From a virus (lineage: Duplodnaviria; Caudoviricetes), in IMG/VR virus record IMGVR_UViG_3300033987_000092, positions 1 to 58,177 of that record: a stretch of DNA of 58,177 nucleotides. One strand, written 5' to 3'. Of the stretch, positions 36,884 to 47,429 are shown in pieces. The position numbers were made by a program, and so were the translations under genes. The notes beneath the pieces were generated by a model. That model saw only the letters and a list, made by a program, of their open reading frames with translations. It did not search any database and was not told where the DNA came from. The first letter of the stretch is position 1, and each line of letters starts with the position of its first letter.

Positions 36884-37249
36884 ATGAGTATAGAAAACTT
36901 ATTAGATCATAAATGTGATATCTACCACGCAATCAAGAATACTGCTGCTGCCTCCTATGGCTTGCCAGGTGAAGTAACCTTTGAATATCCTGAAACTCCT
37001 GACACTGCAAATGTACCGTGCCATTTTAGCGTACAAACGAACAATGAAGGCGTAAGCCAGACGGATCCTAAAAACATTTTAACAAGCAATCCCATGCTGA
37101 CGTTCCCCATCGGTACTGATATCCGAATAAATGATAAGGTAATCGATAAGGGCAGCGGCCTTGAATACACTGCAGGAGTGCCACGGAACATAAGAAACCA
37201 TCATATCAAGGTTCAGTTATACAGGACCAGTGTTCAGGAGGCTTTATAA
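36884..37249 (+). CDS. Head closure protein (XkdH-like)
   Basis: LLDHKCDIYH..VPCHF..DIRINDKV..RNHHI. Confidence 0.8.
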   Translation: MSIENLLDHKCDIYHAIKNTAAASYGLPGEVTFEYPETPDTANVPCHFSVQTNNEGVSQTDPKNILTSNPMLTFPIGTDIRINDKVIDKGSGLEYTAGVPRNIRNHHIKVQLYRTSVQEAL

Positions 37250-37767
37250 TGAGCAAACCAGTAGAAGTAGATTTGAGGGATTTTCAAAAGTTCTTCGATA
37301 AGCTTAGCAGAGCTGCAAAGAAGGATTTCAAGAAGCAGATAGCCGTATGGTTTGAAGCCTGCGGCTTTGAGTTTTTACGCATTGTTCAGGATGAGATTAT
37401 CCGGAAACAGGTTGTAGATACTCGACTGCTTCTTAATAGCTTTGAGAAAGGCAGCAAGGATAATGTATGGGAAGTTTCAGATGGAGGCCTTACCCTGGAG
37501 GTAGGAACCAATGTCAGTTATGCCGAGTATGTAAATGATGGCCACTGGACCAATAAGAAGGGACAGAAAAGCAGGTTTGTTCCCGGACGTTGGCAAGGGG
37601 ATAGATTTGTTTATGAAAGAGGGGCCAAAACAGGCATGGTATTAAAGCAGAAATGGATTGAAGGTTCTCATTACTGGGAGAGTGCTATTCGGATATTTGA
37701 GAGGATATTTGAAAAATCGCTCGACCGTAAAATTCAGGAGTGGATGGATAGATATTTCAGAGTGTGA
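37249..37767 (+). CDS. HK97 gp10-family neck protein (XkdI-like)
   Basis: VDTRLLLNSF..EVGTNVSYAEYVNDGH. Confidence 0.85.
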   Translation: MSKPVEVDLRDFQKFFDKLSRAAKKDFKKQIAVWFEACGFEFLRIVQDEIIRKQVVDTRLLLNSFEKGSKDNVWEVSDGGLTLEVGTNVSYAEYVNDGHWTNKKGQKSRFVPGRWQGDRFVYERGAKTGMVLKQKWIEGSHYWESAIRIFERIFEKSLDRKIQEWMDRYFRV

Positions 37768-37776
37768 GGTGGTTAG

Positions 37777-38325
37777 ATGCTGGAGCAGGAACTGGCAAGT
37801 ATAGCAAGGTTTATTTTTGACAATACCGGCATCCAGGCTGTTTATTACAATGAAATGCCGGAGAGCTTTCAAACTCCTTCACTCTACTTTCCTGTGCCAG
37901 AAGTCATGACCCGCGGAGACACAATGAATAGCTATGCATTGGTGTACTCATGGTATGTGAAAGTGTTTGATAAAAGGAGCAATACAGCTTATAACAAGGC
38001 ATTTAATGCCTTAAATGCAATTAAGCGAAAGAGAAATCTTATACCGCTTATCAATCCGGATGGTACTCCTCAACAGAAAGGAATCCGAATAAGGGATCCT
38101 ATGCTTACTAAGCTGGATACTGGGGTTGTGCAACTGAAGATTGATTGGGATAGTGTGAGAGAGTTTGAAAAATCAACGGTTGAAAAGGTACAGTCGATTG
38201 TCATAGAAGGTTGGAGCAATCCTGATGTATATCTTACACGGGCGGTAGAAGTAGCCTTTGAAACAGCTATAAATAGTGCATTGTTCAATTATCCATTAGC
38301 CGGTACGAAAGTAACCGGGGAATAA
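37777..38325 (+). CDS. Tail terminator-like protein (XkdJ-like)
   Basis: Position before sheath; 'PESFQTPSLYFP'. Confidence 0.7.
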   Translation: MLEQELASIARFIFDNTGIQAVYYNEMPESFQTPSLYFPVPEVMTRGDTMNSYALVYSWYVKVFDKRSNTAYNKAFNALNAIKRKRNLIPLINPDGTPQQKGIRIRDPMLTKLDTGVVQLKIDWDSVREFEKSTVEKVQSIVIEGWSNPDVYLTRAVEVAFETAINSALFNYPLAGTKVTGE

Positions 38326-38338
38326 AGGAGGCGATTTA

Positions 38339-38527
38339 GTGGCTAAAAATGAGGCTGAAAAAGCAGCAAAATTTACAGTTGAGCGCTTGCGTATGGCTTG
38401 TACTTCACTGTTTGGAGTGAGCACAAGCACTTATGATGGCGCCACACATGGACTTAAAGGTGAATACACCGTAGAGGAAATGAAATCTATCATTCAGAAA
38501 TGGATGAAAAAGGAGGTTAAAGCGTAA
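38339..38527 (+). CDS. Small tail-region protein (YqzN/YkzM-like)
   Basis: FTVERLR..LFGVS..GA..YTVEE..I.KW.KKEV. Confidence 0.7.
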   Translation: MAKNEAEKAAKFTVERLRMACTSLFGVSTSTYDGATHGLKGEYTVEEMKSIIQKWMKKEVKA

Positions 38528-39849
38528 TGGCTGGAGGAACTTTTGACCCTTTGGTTGGAAAGGTTAGACCGGGAACCTATATCAACTTCCGGTCAATCAA
38601 GCAAGAAAGTAAACCCTTAAGTGAAAGAGGAATTGTCCTTATTCCGCTGCTCAATGCCGACTGGGGTCCACACAAGGAGTTTATTACGATTACTCAGGAT
38701 GCACCTGATGCGAATTTCGCAAAGTTGGGTCATTCTGTGTATGACATCAATGACAATATGCTCTTAATCAGAGAAGCTCTGAAAAGGGCAAGAATGGTAA
38801 TTGTGTACAGGCCTACTGACGGAGTGAAAGCTACAGCTACAGCTGCTCCACTGACCGTTACAGCAAAATACTCTGGTGAGAGAGGAAATGATCTTAGGTT
38901 TGTGATTGCTACAAACCCTGTATCGGGAAAAGATTTTGTGCTCTATCTTGGAACGGAAAAGTTGTTTGAGGTTAATGGGATCACCAATGTTGAAGATTTA
39001 CCTGCAAATGATTGGGTGACATTCTCCGGGACAGGAGCACTTGCGACAACGGCAGGAACAAACCTTGCCGGAGGTAGTAACGGAGTTCAGGTAAATGGTG
39101 ATATTACTGATTTTCTTGATGATTCCGAAATTGTGAAGTGGAATAGCCTTGCATTCCCTATTACTGATGCAACCCTACAGGCTGCTCTAAAAACCAAAAT
39201 AAAGTATTTCAGAGAGTCGGTAGGAAAGTATGTAAAGGCCGTTGCACCTGATTTCCCTGCAGACTATGAAGGAATTATCAATGTTACCAATTCGGTTAAG
39301 CTTGCAGACGGTACAGAATTGACTAAGGCCCAAGCGACTGCATATGTAGCTGCACTGGATGCAGCCGCACCGAATAATAAGTCAAATACCTATGAGAGAT
39401 ATGACGGAGCTGTGGATGTTATTGGCAAGAAGAATCATGAGCAGGCAGTTGCTGCTATTAACAACGGTGAATTCTTCTTCTCCATGAATGAGGACAAGGT
39501 TGTTGTTGAGTACGATATCAACTCCCTTGTAACCATAGTTGCTCCTAAGGGTAGCGATTACAAGAAGAATCGTGTCCTAAGGGTATTTGACACCTTCGCA
39601 GAGGCTCTGCAGAACAATTTCCCGCCGAATAAGTATGATAACAGTCCGGATGGATGGGACATCATGGAGGGAGTCGGTAAAATCCTGCTTCAGGAATTTG
39701 CAGATAACCATGCAATAAAGAATGTTGATATGGATAACGACTTCCTTGTGGACAGAGTTAAGTCTACCGGCGACAAGACTTTCTTTAAAGTCGGCCTTGA
39801 ACCTGTAGACAGTGCTGAGAAGTTGTATTTTGATATAAAAACAAGGTAA
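38527..39849 (+). CDS. Tail sheath protein (XkdK-like)
   Basis: MAGGTF..KVRPGTYINF; 'AKYSGERGND', 'KKNRVLRVFD', 'PVDSAEKLY'. Confidence 0.93.
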   Translation: MAGGTFDPLVGKVRPGTYINFRSIKQESKPLSERGIVLIPLLNADWGPHKEFITITQDAPDANFAKLGHSVYDINDNMLLIREALKRARMVIVYRPTDGVKATATAAPLTVTAKYSGERGNDLRFVIATNPVSGKDFVLYLGTEKLFEVNGITNVEDLPANDWVTFSGTGALATTAGTNLAGGSNGVQVNGDITDFLDDSEIVKWNSLAFPITDATLQAALKTKIKYFRESVGKYVKAVAPDFPADYEGIINVTNSVKLADGTELTKAQATAYVAALDAAAPNNKSNTYERYDGAVDVIGKKNHEQAVAAINNGEFFFSMNEDKVVVEYDINSLVTIVAPKGSDYKKNRVLRVFDTFAEALQNNFPPNKYDNSPDGWDIMEGVGKILLQEFADNHAIKNVDMDNDFLVDRVKSTGDKTFFKVGLEPVDSAEKLYFDIKTR

Positions 39850-39866
39850 AAAAGGAGGGATGACAG

Positions 39867-40292
39867 TTGGATAGAGATCGTATGAGCTTGAGAGAAGGGA
39901 AAGCCTTTATTGATGGTGTAGAGATATTGGACCTCATGAAACTGGAGCTCTACTTTACACCTGAGGTTGTAGAAAGCCGCTCTGTTGGCCAAAAAGGTGT
40001 GTCCAGGCGTTATATCGGCCACGATATTACTGGTAACATCACTGAATATAAGAGCACACCTTGGATCAAAGACATCATCAAGAGATACAAGGCCACAGGT
40101 GAGACACCGAAGCTCACCATACAGGGTATTCAGGACGATCCAAACTCTGACTATGGCAGAACCTATGGCAGAGATAAGGTAACTGTAGTCGGCGTAGTGC
40201 TGACGGGAGATTTGCCCCTTTTAATGCTGGACAGTGAAGGGGAACTCGTTCAAAACGAAGTGGAATTCGGAGCGTATGATGTAATGTTCTAA
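39867..40292 (+). CDS. Tail tube protein (XkdM-like)
   Basis: 141 aa after sheath; 'EGKAFIDG', 'DDPNS'. Confidence 0.85.
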   Translation: MDRDRMSLREGKAFIDGVEILDLMKLELYFTPEVVESRSVGQKGVSRRYIGHDITGNITEYKSTPWIKDIIKRYKATGETPKLTIQGIQDDPNSDYGRTYGRDKVTVVGVVLTGDLPLLMLDSEGELVQNEVEFGAYDVMF

Positions 40293-40349
40293 TAAGGTTG
40301 CTCCCTCTGGTATCAGGGGGAGCTTCACTTTTGATTGGAGGTATAAGAA

Positions 40350-40832
40350 ATGTCAAATCTCAGTTTGAAGTATTTCATGGTTGATAGCCTTAAGAAGGAT
40401 GAAATTGTTGAGGTGCCTGGTGTTGAAACATTCAAAGATGATGAGGGTAAGCCGGTACCTTTTCAGATCGTGAAGCTCGGTACCGCAAGGCTTAATGAAA
40501 TCAGAAAGGCCTTTACGGTTAAAAAGCTTGTTAAGGATGCAAAGGGTAAGCAGGTTTATTCAAAGACCGGGGAACCGTTGTTCCAGGTTGATTATGATAG
40601 CGCAAAGGCGACTAACAAAATCATTGTTGAGAGCCTAAAGTTCCCGAACCTTGCTGACCCGGAACTTATGAAGTTTTATGACTGCGTAGATGTGTTGGAA
40701 ATGCCAATGAAGCTGTTTAAGAATCCAAATGATTTTAAGTATGTCTCCCAGCAGGTGCTGATTGTTAACGGTATGGCTGACGGGGATGAAGAAGTGGATG
40801 AGGAGCTTATTGATGAAGTAAAAAACTCATAA
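40350..40832 (+). CDS. Tail assembly chaperone (XkdN-like)
   Basis: 'DEGKPVPF', 'FPNLADPEL..Y'; ends EVKNS with slippery A AAA AAC. Confidence 0.85.
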   Translation: MSNLSLKYFMVDSLKKDEIVEVPGVETFKDDEGKPVPFQIVKLGTARLNEIRKAFTVKKLVKDAKGKQVYSKTGEPLFQVDYDSAKATNKIIVESLKFPNLADPELMKFYDCVDVLEMPMKLFKNPNDFKYVSQQVLIVNGMADGDEEVDEELIDEVKNS

Positions 40833-41044
40833 GCGGTGGGGATGATCCAGAAGCTAAATGGGCCCACATCTTATGGCAGAGAAAAAGGCTAAGGCCTGAA
40901 GAATTTGAAAGTATGCCATATAAGAGAAAGCTATTTTATATCGGCTCAGAGCTCTTAGAAATGGAGAAACCCATCGACCCGCTTAACATAATCGTAAAAG
41001 CTCTATCTGAAGTAAAACGCAGAAAACATAGGGGAAGGAGGTAA
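40820..41044 (+). other. Programmed -1 frameshift site and extension of the tail chaperone (gpGT-like)
   Basis: Heptamer AAAAAAC 40820-40826; -1 frame open to TAA 41042-41044 (LISGGDDPEAKWAHILWQRKRLRPEEF...RGRR). Confidence 0.85.
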
Positions 41045-41047
41045 GTG

Positions 41048-43903
41048 ATGTCTGCTACATTATCAGCAATATTTAAAGCCCAGGACAATGTAAGCCGTGC
41101 TCTCAGCAATATGGACAAGCAGGGCAATGTCGTTATGGGCACTTTTAAGAAGCTTGCAGGGGTAATGAGCGGCGTGTTTGCCGGGTACAAAGTGGCTGAG
41201 TTTGCAAAGGACAGCACCCAAGCTTTTGTAGATTTTGAAAACGGAATGAACGAAGTATTTACCCTGCTTCCTGATATCACAGAGCAGGCCATGGGAGAGA
41301 TGACAGCGCAAGTAAAGCAGTTTAGCAAGGCTGCCGGAGTGCTTCCTGAAAAGACGGTTCCTGCTCTTTATCAGGCACTATCTGCCGGAGTTCCAAATGA
41401 TAATGTTTTTGCATTTTTGGAAACAGCAAATAAAGCAGCTGTTGGTGGGGTAACGCAGCTTGAGACTGCAGTTGATGGCTTATCCTCAGTTGTTAACGCA
41501 TACGGCGCCGATGTAATAGACGTTAATAAGACATCTGATCTGATGTTTACAACTGTAAGGCTTGGTAAAACAAATTTCGAGCAATTGAGTCAATCACTAT
41601 TTAATGTTTTGCCTTCTGCATCAGCTGCTGGTGTGAAATTTGAAGATGTTTCTGCTTCCCTTGCTGCTTTGACTGCTCAAGGTGTGCCGACTTCAGTAGC
41701 CACAACGAGGGTTCGTGCTGCCATAGATGAACTTTCAAAGGCAGGTACGAAGACGGACCAGGTATTCCGGGAGGTAGCCGGTAAAAGCTTCAAAGACTTT
41801 ATTGCTCAAGGTGGGAACCTTCAGCAGGCCTTGCAGTTACTGGAGAAGGAGGCTAAGCGAAACAATTTAGGCATCAATGACCTGTTTAGCAGTATAGAGG
41901 CTGGTGGTGCAGCGCTTGCATTAACCGGCAAGGGTACGGAAACATTCACAAAAGCTATGGAAGAGATGTCTAAAGCGACCGGAGCCACTGATGCTGCATT
42001 TGACAAGATGGAAAAGGGCTTAAAAAGAAAAATAGACAAGATGAAAGCAAACTTTGAAGTCTTTAAGTTAGAAGTAGGTGGCCGTTTAGCAGGAGCCTTT
42101 AACATTGCTTTTGATGCCGGTACAAAGTTTATTGGTTTCCTGAATAGTAAATTCGGAGCAACCTTAAACAAAGTATCGTCAAAACTCAAATCATTTTCCG
42201 ACCTTGCAAGCGAGCTGGGAAGCTCATTTGTAGAAGGTGTCAAAGAGGCATTCTCAGGCGGCGATATCATGAGTATATTTGACCGCACCTTTGGCAGCGT
42301 AGAGAAACTTCTTAAAGCTGTATTCGGTGAAAAGGCCGGCGGGACAATCAGCTCATGGGTTGCAAAAGTAATAAGCATTATAGAGAAGCTGCAGCCTACA
42401 TTCACAAGCATTAGAAACTGGGTAATAGATGCAATCCCGACTGTTCAATTTATCTTTGAAGATGTGTTTGGGACCGTTGGAAAGGTAGTGCAGGATGCGT
42501 ATGATATATTCACTGATACCCTTTTACCGGTAATCGATTCGATCAGAAAAAAGATAGATGAGAATATGCCGGCAATCAGACAGGTTACCCAGGAAGCGTT
42601 CGACAAGATTACGGATGTGGTTGAGTTTGCGTCAGGGAAAATAAAAGACTTTACCAACTGGGTATCTGAATGGCTTCCTCTTGAACCTATAATAATCGGG
42701 ATAGGAGCTACCTTTGCAGCGTGGAAAGTAGGTAGCATTGTTTATGATGCCACCAGGGCAGTAGTTTTGTTTGGAATCGAATTGGTTAAGCTGCCAGGTA
42801 AACTTATTGCGGCCACAGTTGCTCAATGGAACCTGGTTACAGCAAAAATCGCAGACAAGGTTGAAACACTGGCAATCATAGGTCTTTATGCAAAAGATTT
42901 CGTGGTGGCTCTGTGGAATACCGTATCTGCAATCGGTGCTCAAACAGCTGCATGGATAGCAAACAAGGTTCAGGTAGCAGCTCAGGCAGTAGGCCTTTTG
43001 GCATTGAAAGCTGCACAGATAGTAAATACCGGTATAACCTGGGCAATGACAGCTGCTCAGTGGGCTTTAAATGCAGCCTTTATCGCAAGTCCTATCGGTT
43101 GGGTTGTGCTCAGTATAGGTGCATTGATAGCTGCAGGTGTATTGCTCTACAAGAACTGGGATGTCATCAAGGCTAAAGCTGTTGAGCTGTGGAATAAACT
43201 GATGGAAGTCTTTAGACCTATAGTTGACTATATAAAGAATACATTCATTACTGCCTTTGAAGGTTTGAAAACAGTGTTTAACGGTATAATCCAGTTTATT
43301 ACCGGAGTGTTCACGGGGAATTGGCAAAAAGCCTGGGAAGGAGTAAGGAACATATTCTCCGGCATATTCCAGTATCTTGGAGCAATATTCAAGACGCCAA
43401 TCAATGCAGTGATAACCTTGATAAACAAAGCTATCCAGGGGATTAACAAGCTTGATATAAAAATACCTGACTGGGTACCGTTACTTGGTGGTAAGGGGTT
43501 TGAGATAAATATTCCTGAAATACCGATGTTGGCCAAAGGTTCTATAGATGCACCTGATATGTTTATAGCTGGTGAAAAGGGGCCTGAGCTGATTGTCGGT
43601 GCAGCTGGCAGTACTGTTTTTCCTGAACGAGAGACCAATAAAATCCTTGAAGGCCTTAGCAGACCAGTAAATGTAGCTGTTCCAAAGTCTGAGGTTCTTA
43701 ACCCAATAGAACAGCAAGAAAGTACCATAGTTGAAGAAAAGCATATTACACTGGATATCAACGGTAGCGGCGAACTCAGGTTTGACATTGCTGCTTCAAA
43801 GGAATCTATCCTGGAGCTGCTCCTTGAATACCTGAAGCCAATACTCATGAAAATCCTGAAGGAAGAAATCTTTGAGGAAGGGGAGATGAGCTATGAGTTC
43901 TAA
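41048..43903 (+). CDS. Tape measure protein (TP901-family core)
   Basis: 'FENGMNEVFTL', 'ALYQALSAG', 'TVRLGKTNF', Trp-periodic amphipathic repeats. Confidence 0.92.
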   Translation: MSATLSAIFKAQDNVSRALSNMDKQGNVVMGTFKKLAGVMSGVFAGYKVAEFAKDSTQAFVDFENGMNEVFTLLPDITEQAMGEMTAQVKQFSKAAGVLPEKTVPALYQALSAGVPNDNVFAFLETANKAAVGGVTQLETAVDGLSSVVNAYGADVIDVNKTSDLMFTTVRLGKTNFEQLSQSLFNVLPSASAAGVKFEDVSASLAALTAQGVPTSVATTRVRAAIDELSKAGTKTDQVFREVAGKSFKDFIAQGGNLQQALQLLEKEAKRNNLGINDLFSSIEAGGAALALTGKGTETFTKAMEEMSKATGATDAAFDKMEKGLKRKIDKMKANFEVFKLEVGGRLAGAFNIAFDAGTKFIGFLNSKFGATLNKVSSKLKSFSDLASELGSSFVEGVKEAFSGGDIMSIFDRTFGSVEKLLKAVFGEKAGGTISSWVAKVISIIEKLQPTFTSIRNWVIDAIPTVQFIFEDVFGTVGKVVQDAYDIFTDTLLPVIDSIRKKIDENMPAIRQVTQEAFDKITDVVEFASGKIKDFTNWVSEWLPLEPIIIGIGATFAAWKVGSIVYDATRAVVLFGIELVKLPGKLIAATVAQWNLVTAKIADKVETLAIIGLYAKDFVVALWNTVSAIGAQTAAWIANKVQVAAQAVGLLALKAAQIVNTGITWAMTAAQWALNAAFIASPIGWVVLSIGALIAAGVLLYKNWDVIKAKAVELWNKLMEVFRPIVDYIKNTFITAFEGLKTVFNGIIQFITGVFTGNWQKAWEGVRNIFSGIFQYLGAIFKTPINAVITLINKAIQGINKLDIKIPDWVPLLGGKGFEINIPEIPMLAKGSIDAPDMFIAGEKGPELIVGAAGSTVFPERETNKILEGLSRPVNVAVPKSEVLNPIEQQESTIVEEKHITLDINGSGELRFDIAASKESILELLLEYLKPILMKILKEEIFEEGEMSYEF

Positions 43904-44546
43904 ATATCAGTACTGGCTGACATTCAATAACGAAAAAGAACGGCTTAGGCTCCCCGTTCTTCCGGAAAGTTTTAAAGTAGTGAATGGCAGCAAGAATGAG
44001 AGCGTTGATATCTCTGGACTTGGAGAGATAACTGTTAAGCAGGACAGGCCTGCCATGGTGTTCTCTTTCAGTTCTTTCTTTCCAAGTGCGAGTTTTCCGG
44101 GAATTGAATATTCCAATTTTCCTAATCCTGAAACCTGCAGAGCTACAATTGAGCAGTGGAAAGAAGCGGACCAGCCTATTCACTTTATCATCACAGGATC
44201 CAGAATAAATATATTCGCCACAATTGAAAATTTCGAGTATGAGGAAAGAGGCGGAGATATTGGAACCTTGCATTATTCAATCACATTGAAAGAATTCAGA
44301 CCGGTTCAGATAAGACAGGTAAAGGTGAATGTCAGTACAGGAGCTGCCAGCATCAGCAAGGAAAAGCAAAGGCTTGACAACCGTGTACAGCCTTCCGTTT
44401 ATATAGTAAAGGCAGGAGATTACCTATATAAGATTTCAAAGAATGTGCTTGGAAATGCTAACAGGTGGAAAGAGATTGCCCAAATGAACAGCATAAATGC
44501 TCCTTATACCATATACCCAAACCAGAAGTTGAAAATGCCGGGGTGA
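43893..44546 (+). CDS. LysM-domain baseplate/tail protein (XkdP-like)
   Basis: RLPVLPE N-terminus; C-terminal LysM YIVKAGDYLYKIS..IYPNQKLKMP. Confidence 0.9.
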   Translation: MSSKYQYWLTFNNEKERLRLPVLPESFKVVNGSKNESVDISGLGEITVKQDRPAMVFSFSSFFPSASFPGIEYSNFPNPETCRATIEQWKEADQPIHFIITGSRINIFATIENFEYEERGGDIGTLHYSITLKEFRPVQIRQVKVNVSTGAASISKEKQRLDNRVQPSVYIVKAGDYLYKISKNVLGNANRWKEIAQMNSINAPYTIYPNQKLKMPG

Positions 44547-44550
44547 TTGA

Positions 44551-45519
44551 ATGATTGGATTGATACTCTTAAAGAATGGCAAGGCATTCGACATAAGCAA
44601 CCTTGTTGAAACAGTAACATGGAGCGGTAGGAAAGGAGCTGCAGGGCGTTCTATTTCAGTAACGCTTATTGATAGCGGGGATTACGGATATAAGCGATCA
44701 GGGATAGATGTCGAAGATGGAGACCATTGTCTGTTTACATGGAAGAATGAAGAGTTGTTTCAGGGGTTAATTGTGGATCAGGGACAAAACAAGAGCAAGA
44801 AGTTGACCTTCAAAGCCAGGGATAACCTGATTTACTTCGCAAACAATTCTGATACCTTCAATTACAAGGATAAAAAGGCAAGTGAAATCTTCGTTGATTG
44901 CTGCCAGAGATTTAAAATATCCTACGGTGAAGTGGCCGATACCGAACATAGAATCCCAACGCTGCCTAAGCCTGATGCTACTATTTTTGATGTGATATGT
45001 GACGCTCTAAGCATTACTTATAAGGCTACAGGGGTTAGATATTACCCTGAATCAAAAAAGGGCAAGGCGAGGCTAATAAGGCGAAGGGACAATGTAAAGC
45101 AGTGGGTGATTGAAACCGGGCAGAACCTTATCGATTATGATTTTTCAAAGTCCATTGAAGACATAGCAACAAGAATAAAGCTTATGAGTGATAAAGGTAC
45201 TGTCATAGCTGAAAGTGTTAATGATGCCCTGGAGAAGAAAATCGGAATATTCCAAAAGACAGAAAAACCAGACGACAAAATGAATACTGCCCAGCTCCAG
45301 CAGATGGTAGATAGCATGCTGAAAGAAAAAGGTGCGGTTAAGACCAGTTTAAGTATTTCAGGCCTGGGAATACCGGATGTAATCAGCGGGGTTGGCGTAT
45401 ATGTAATCATCAAGGAACTGGGAATAAAGCGCAGCTTCTATGTGGATGAGGACAGTCATACTTTTAAAGGCAACTACCATTCCATGAATCTGCAGCTTAA
45501 TATGACAAATGAGTTTTAG
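44551..45519 (+). CDS. Baseplate hub protein (XkdQ-like)
   Basis: 'VTWSG..AGRS', 'KKASEIF', 'FYVDEDSHTF'. Confidence 0.85.
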   Translation: MIGLILLKNGKAFDISNLVETVTWSGRKGAAGRSISVTLIDSGDYGYKRSGIDVEDGDHCLFTWKNEELFQGLIVDQGQNKSKKLTFKARDNLIYFANNSDTFNYKDKKASEIFVDCCQRFKISYGEVADTEHRIPTLPKPDATIFDVICDALSITYKATGVRYYPESKKGKARLIRRRDNVKQWVIETGQNLIDYDFSKSIEDIATRIKLMSDKGTVIAESVNDALEKKIGIFQKTEKPDDKMNTAQLQQMVDSMLKEKGAVKTSLSISGLGIPDVISGVGVYVIIKELGIKRSFYVDEDSHTFKGNYHSMNLQLNMTNEF

Positions 45520-45533
45520 GAGGTGGTGGGACC

Positions 45534-45959
45534 ATGGCAGAGGCAACAAGCATTAAACAGTTAATACAGGGAATGCAGGTTAAGGACATGGATATTGTTG
45601 AAGGTGAGGTTATTTCGGCAGATCCTTTGAAGATTAAGCTTGTAAACAATGAAAAGATGGTTCTTGACAAGGACATCATGGTAATTCCGAAGCACCTTAC
45701 GGACTACACTGCCAGCGTTGATATTGCCCTTTCTGCTGAAGCTATTTTAACTTCTAAGACGAAAGAAGCCGGTGACCATTCTCATACCACTTCGGAAGGA
45801 TCCACAAGTACAGACGGAAACCATACACATGACCTTGATACTTTTAGTATTCAAGGAGCACAGATGACGGTACACAACAGCCTGAAAAAAGGCGAGCGTG
45901 TATATATATTAAGTTTTAACCGAGGTAAGCAATATTACGTTATGGATAGGGTGATGTAA
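45534..45959 (+). CDS. Baseplate spike-like protein (XkdR/DUF2577)
   Basis: GEVISADPLKI..LKKGERV..QYYVMDR; HSH/HTH metal-tip-like motifs. Confidence 0.8.
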   Translation: MAEATSIKQLIQGMQVKDMDIVEGEVISADPLKIKLVNNEKMVLDKDIMVIPKHLTDYTASVDIALSAEAILTSKTKEAGDHSHTTSEGSTSTDGNHTHDLDTFSIQGAQMTVHNSLKKGERVYILSFNRGKQYYVMDRVM

Positions 45960-45960
45960 A

Positions 45961-46362
45961 ATGCCTCTTGATATACCTATTGGAATTACTCAAGTGATAG
46001 ATGAGCCGTATCTGCCGAGTAAAACATATAAGCTGGACCTTGATAACGGACGGATTATCGGCAAAGTGGATGAGCTGGAGGCCATGAATCAATTCATCAG
46101 GAAAGCACTCATCACTCCCCGGTTTAAATGCCTGATTTACGATTCTCAATACGGCAGTGAAATCAGAGAGATTACCACTACAGATGCTACAAGAGAGTTC
46201 ATTGAAAGTGAAATGCCAAGGCTTGTTGAAGATGCACTGACATATGATCCAAGGATACTCAAGGTTTATGATTTTTCATTCAGCTTTAAGGATGACAGTG
46301 TTTTCTTAAAATTCAGCGTTGATACCATATTCGGGACTACCGAGTTTGAGGGGGTGATATAG
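45961..46362 (+). CDS. Baseplate wedge protein (XkdS/DUF2634)
   Basis: ALITPRF..IYDSQYGSE..EDAL.YDPRI..TIFG. Confidence 0.85.
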   Translation: MPLDIPIGITQVIDEPYLPSKTYKLDLDNGRIIGKVDELEAMNQFIRKALITPRFKCLIYDSQYGSEIREITTTDATREFIESEMPRLVEDALTYDPRILKVYDFSFSFKDDSVFLKFSVDTIFGTTEFEGVI

Positions 46363-46364
46363 AG

Positions 46365-47429
46365 ATGTTTGAGGATAGAACCTATGAAAATATACTTGCA
46401 GAAATGTTGGCTATGGCACCTGTCGGCATAGATACAAGGCAAGGCAGTATATTCTATGATGCAGTAGCTCCACAGGCTTTTAAGCTGTCGAAGTTTTATC
46501 AGGACCTAAATATGGTGTTTGAACTTATCTTTATTGACACAGCTACAAATGAATACCTGGATAAAAAGGCAAGTGAACATGGTGTTACGAGGCTTGCTGC
46601 TAAGGCCTGTAAAAGGCAATTCTCATATGTTGGCACAACACCTTCCTCAGGAGAGCGGTTTTTTGCCGGTGGCATTTATTTTGTACTTAAGCTGGATGAG
46701 AACGGTGAGCTGTTTGTAGAAGCTGAAGAACCCGGGGAAAATGCAAACAATATTCCCTCAGGCGAAAGGCTGGTTCCGCTCAACAATATCCTTGGCCTTG
46801 ATGAAGCTACCCTTGGAGATATCATAGAGCCTGGTACAGAAAAGGAATCTGATGAAGACCTTAGGCGAAGAATACGGGAGAAGATTGCCGGGCCTGCAGA
46901 GAATGGAAACAAGCAGCATTATAAAACATGGTGTGAAGAGGTTGCCGGTGTTGGCAGGGCAAGGATATTTCCTTTATGGAATGGCCCGAATACTGTCAAG
47001 GGAGTTTTAATTGACACAGAGGGACAGCCTGCATCTGGAGCAGTTGTAGCAAATGTCCAGGAATATATAGACCCGGGAGGACTTGGACTTGGTGAAGGAG
47101 TGGCCAATCTCGGAGCAAAATTCACAGCTGCAGCTGCCAACCCCATAGTAATTGACATATCGTATACAGCGGTGCTGAAAGCAGGCTCAACCGCTCAGAT
47201 GGCGCAGGAACAGACACAGACAGCTTTGACTGATTATCTAAAGGATATTGCGTTAAATACTCCTGAAGGTGAGGATATAGTAATTAGGCTTACCTCTATT
47301 GGTGCTATCATCAATGGGCTGGATGCAATTCTGGACTACTCTAACCTGACTTTAAACGGCGGTACTGCCAATATACCTATTGATATCGAATCAGTTGCTG
47401 TCCTGGGGGTGGTGACGGTGAATGTATAA
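46365..47429 (+). CDS. Baseplate J-like protein (XkdT)
   Basis: DTRQGSIFYDA, 'ESDEDLRRR', 'GNKQHYKTW..V.GVG', 'PLWNGPNTVK'. Confidence 0.92.
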   Translation: MFEDRTYENILAEMLAMAPVGIDTRQGSIFYDAVAPQAFKLSKFYQDLNMVFELIFIDTATNEYLDKKASEHGVTRLAAKACKRQFSYVGTTPSSGERFFAGGIYFVLKLDENGELFVEAEEPGENANNIPSGERLVPLNNILGLDEATLGDIIEPGTEKESDEDLRRRIREKIAGPAENGNKQHYKTWCEEVAGVGRARIFPLWNGPNTVKGVLIDTEGQPASGAVVANVQEYIDPGGLGLGEGVANLGAKFTAAAANPIVIDISYTAVLKAGSTAQMAQEQTQTALTDYLKDIALNTPEGEDIVIRLTSIGAIINGLDAILDYSNLTLNGGTANIPIDIESVAVLGVVTVNV

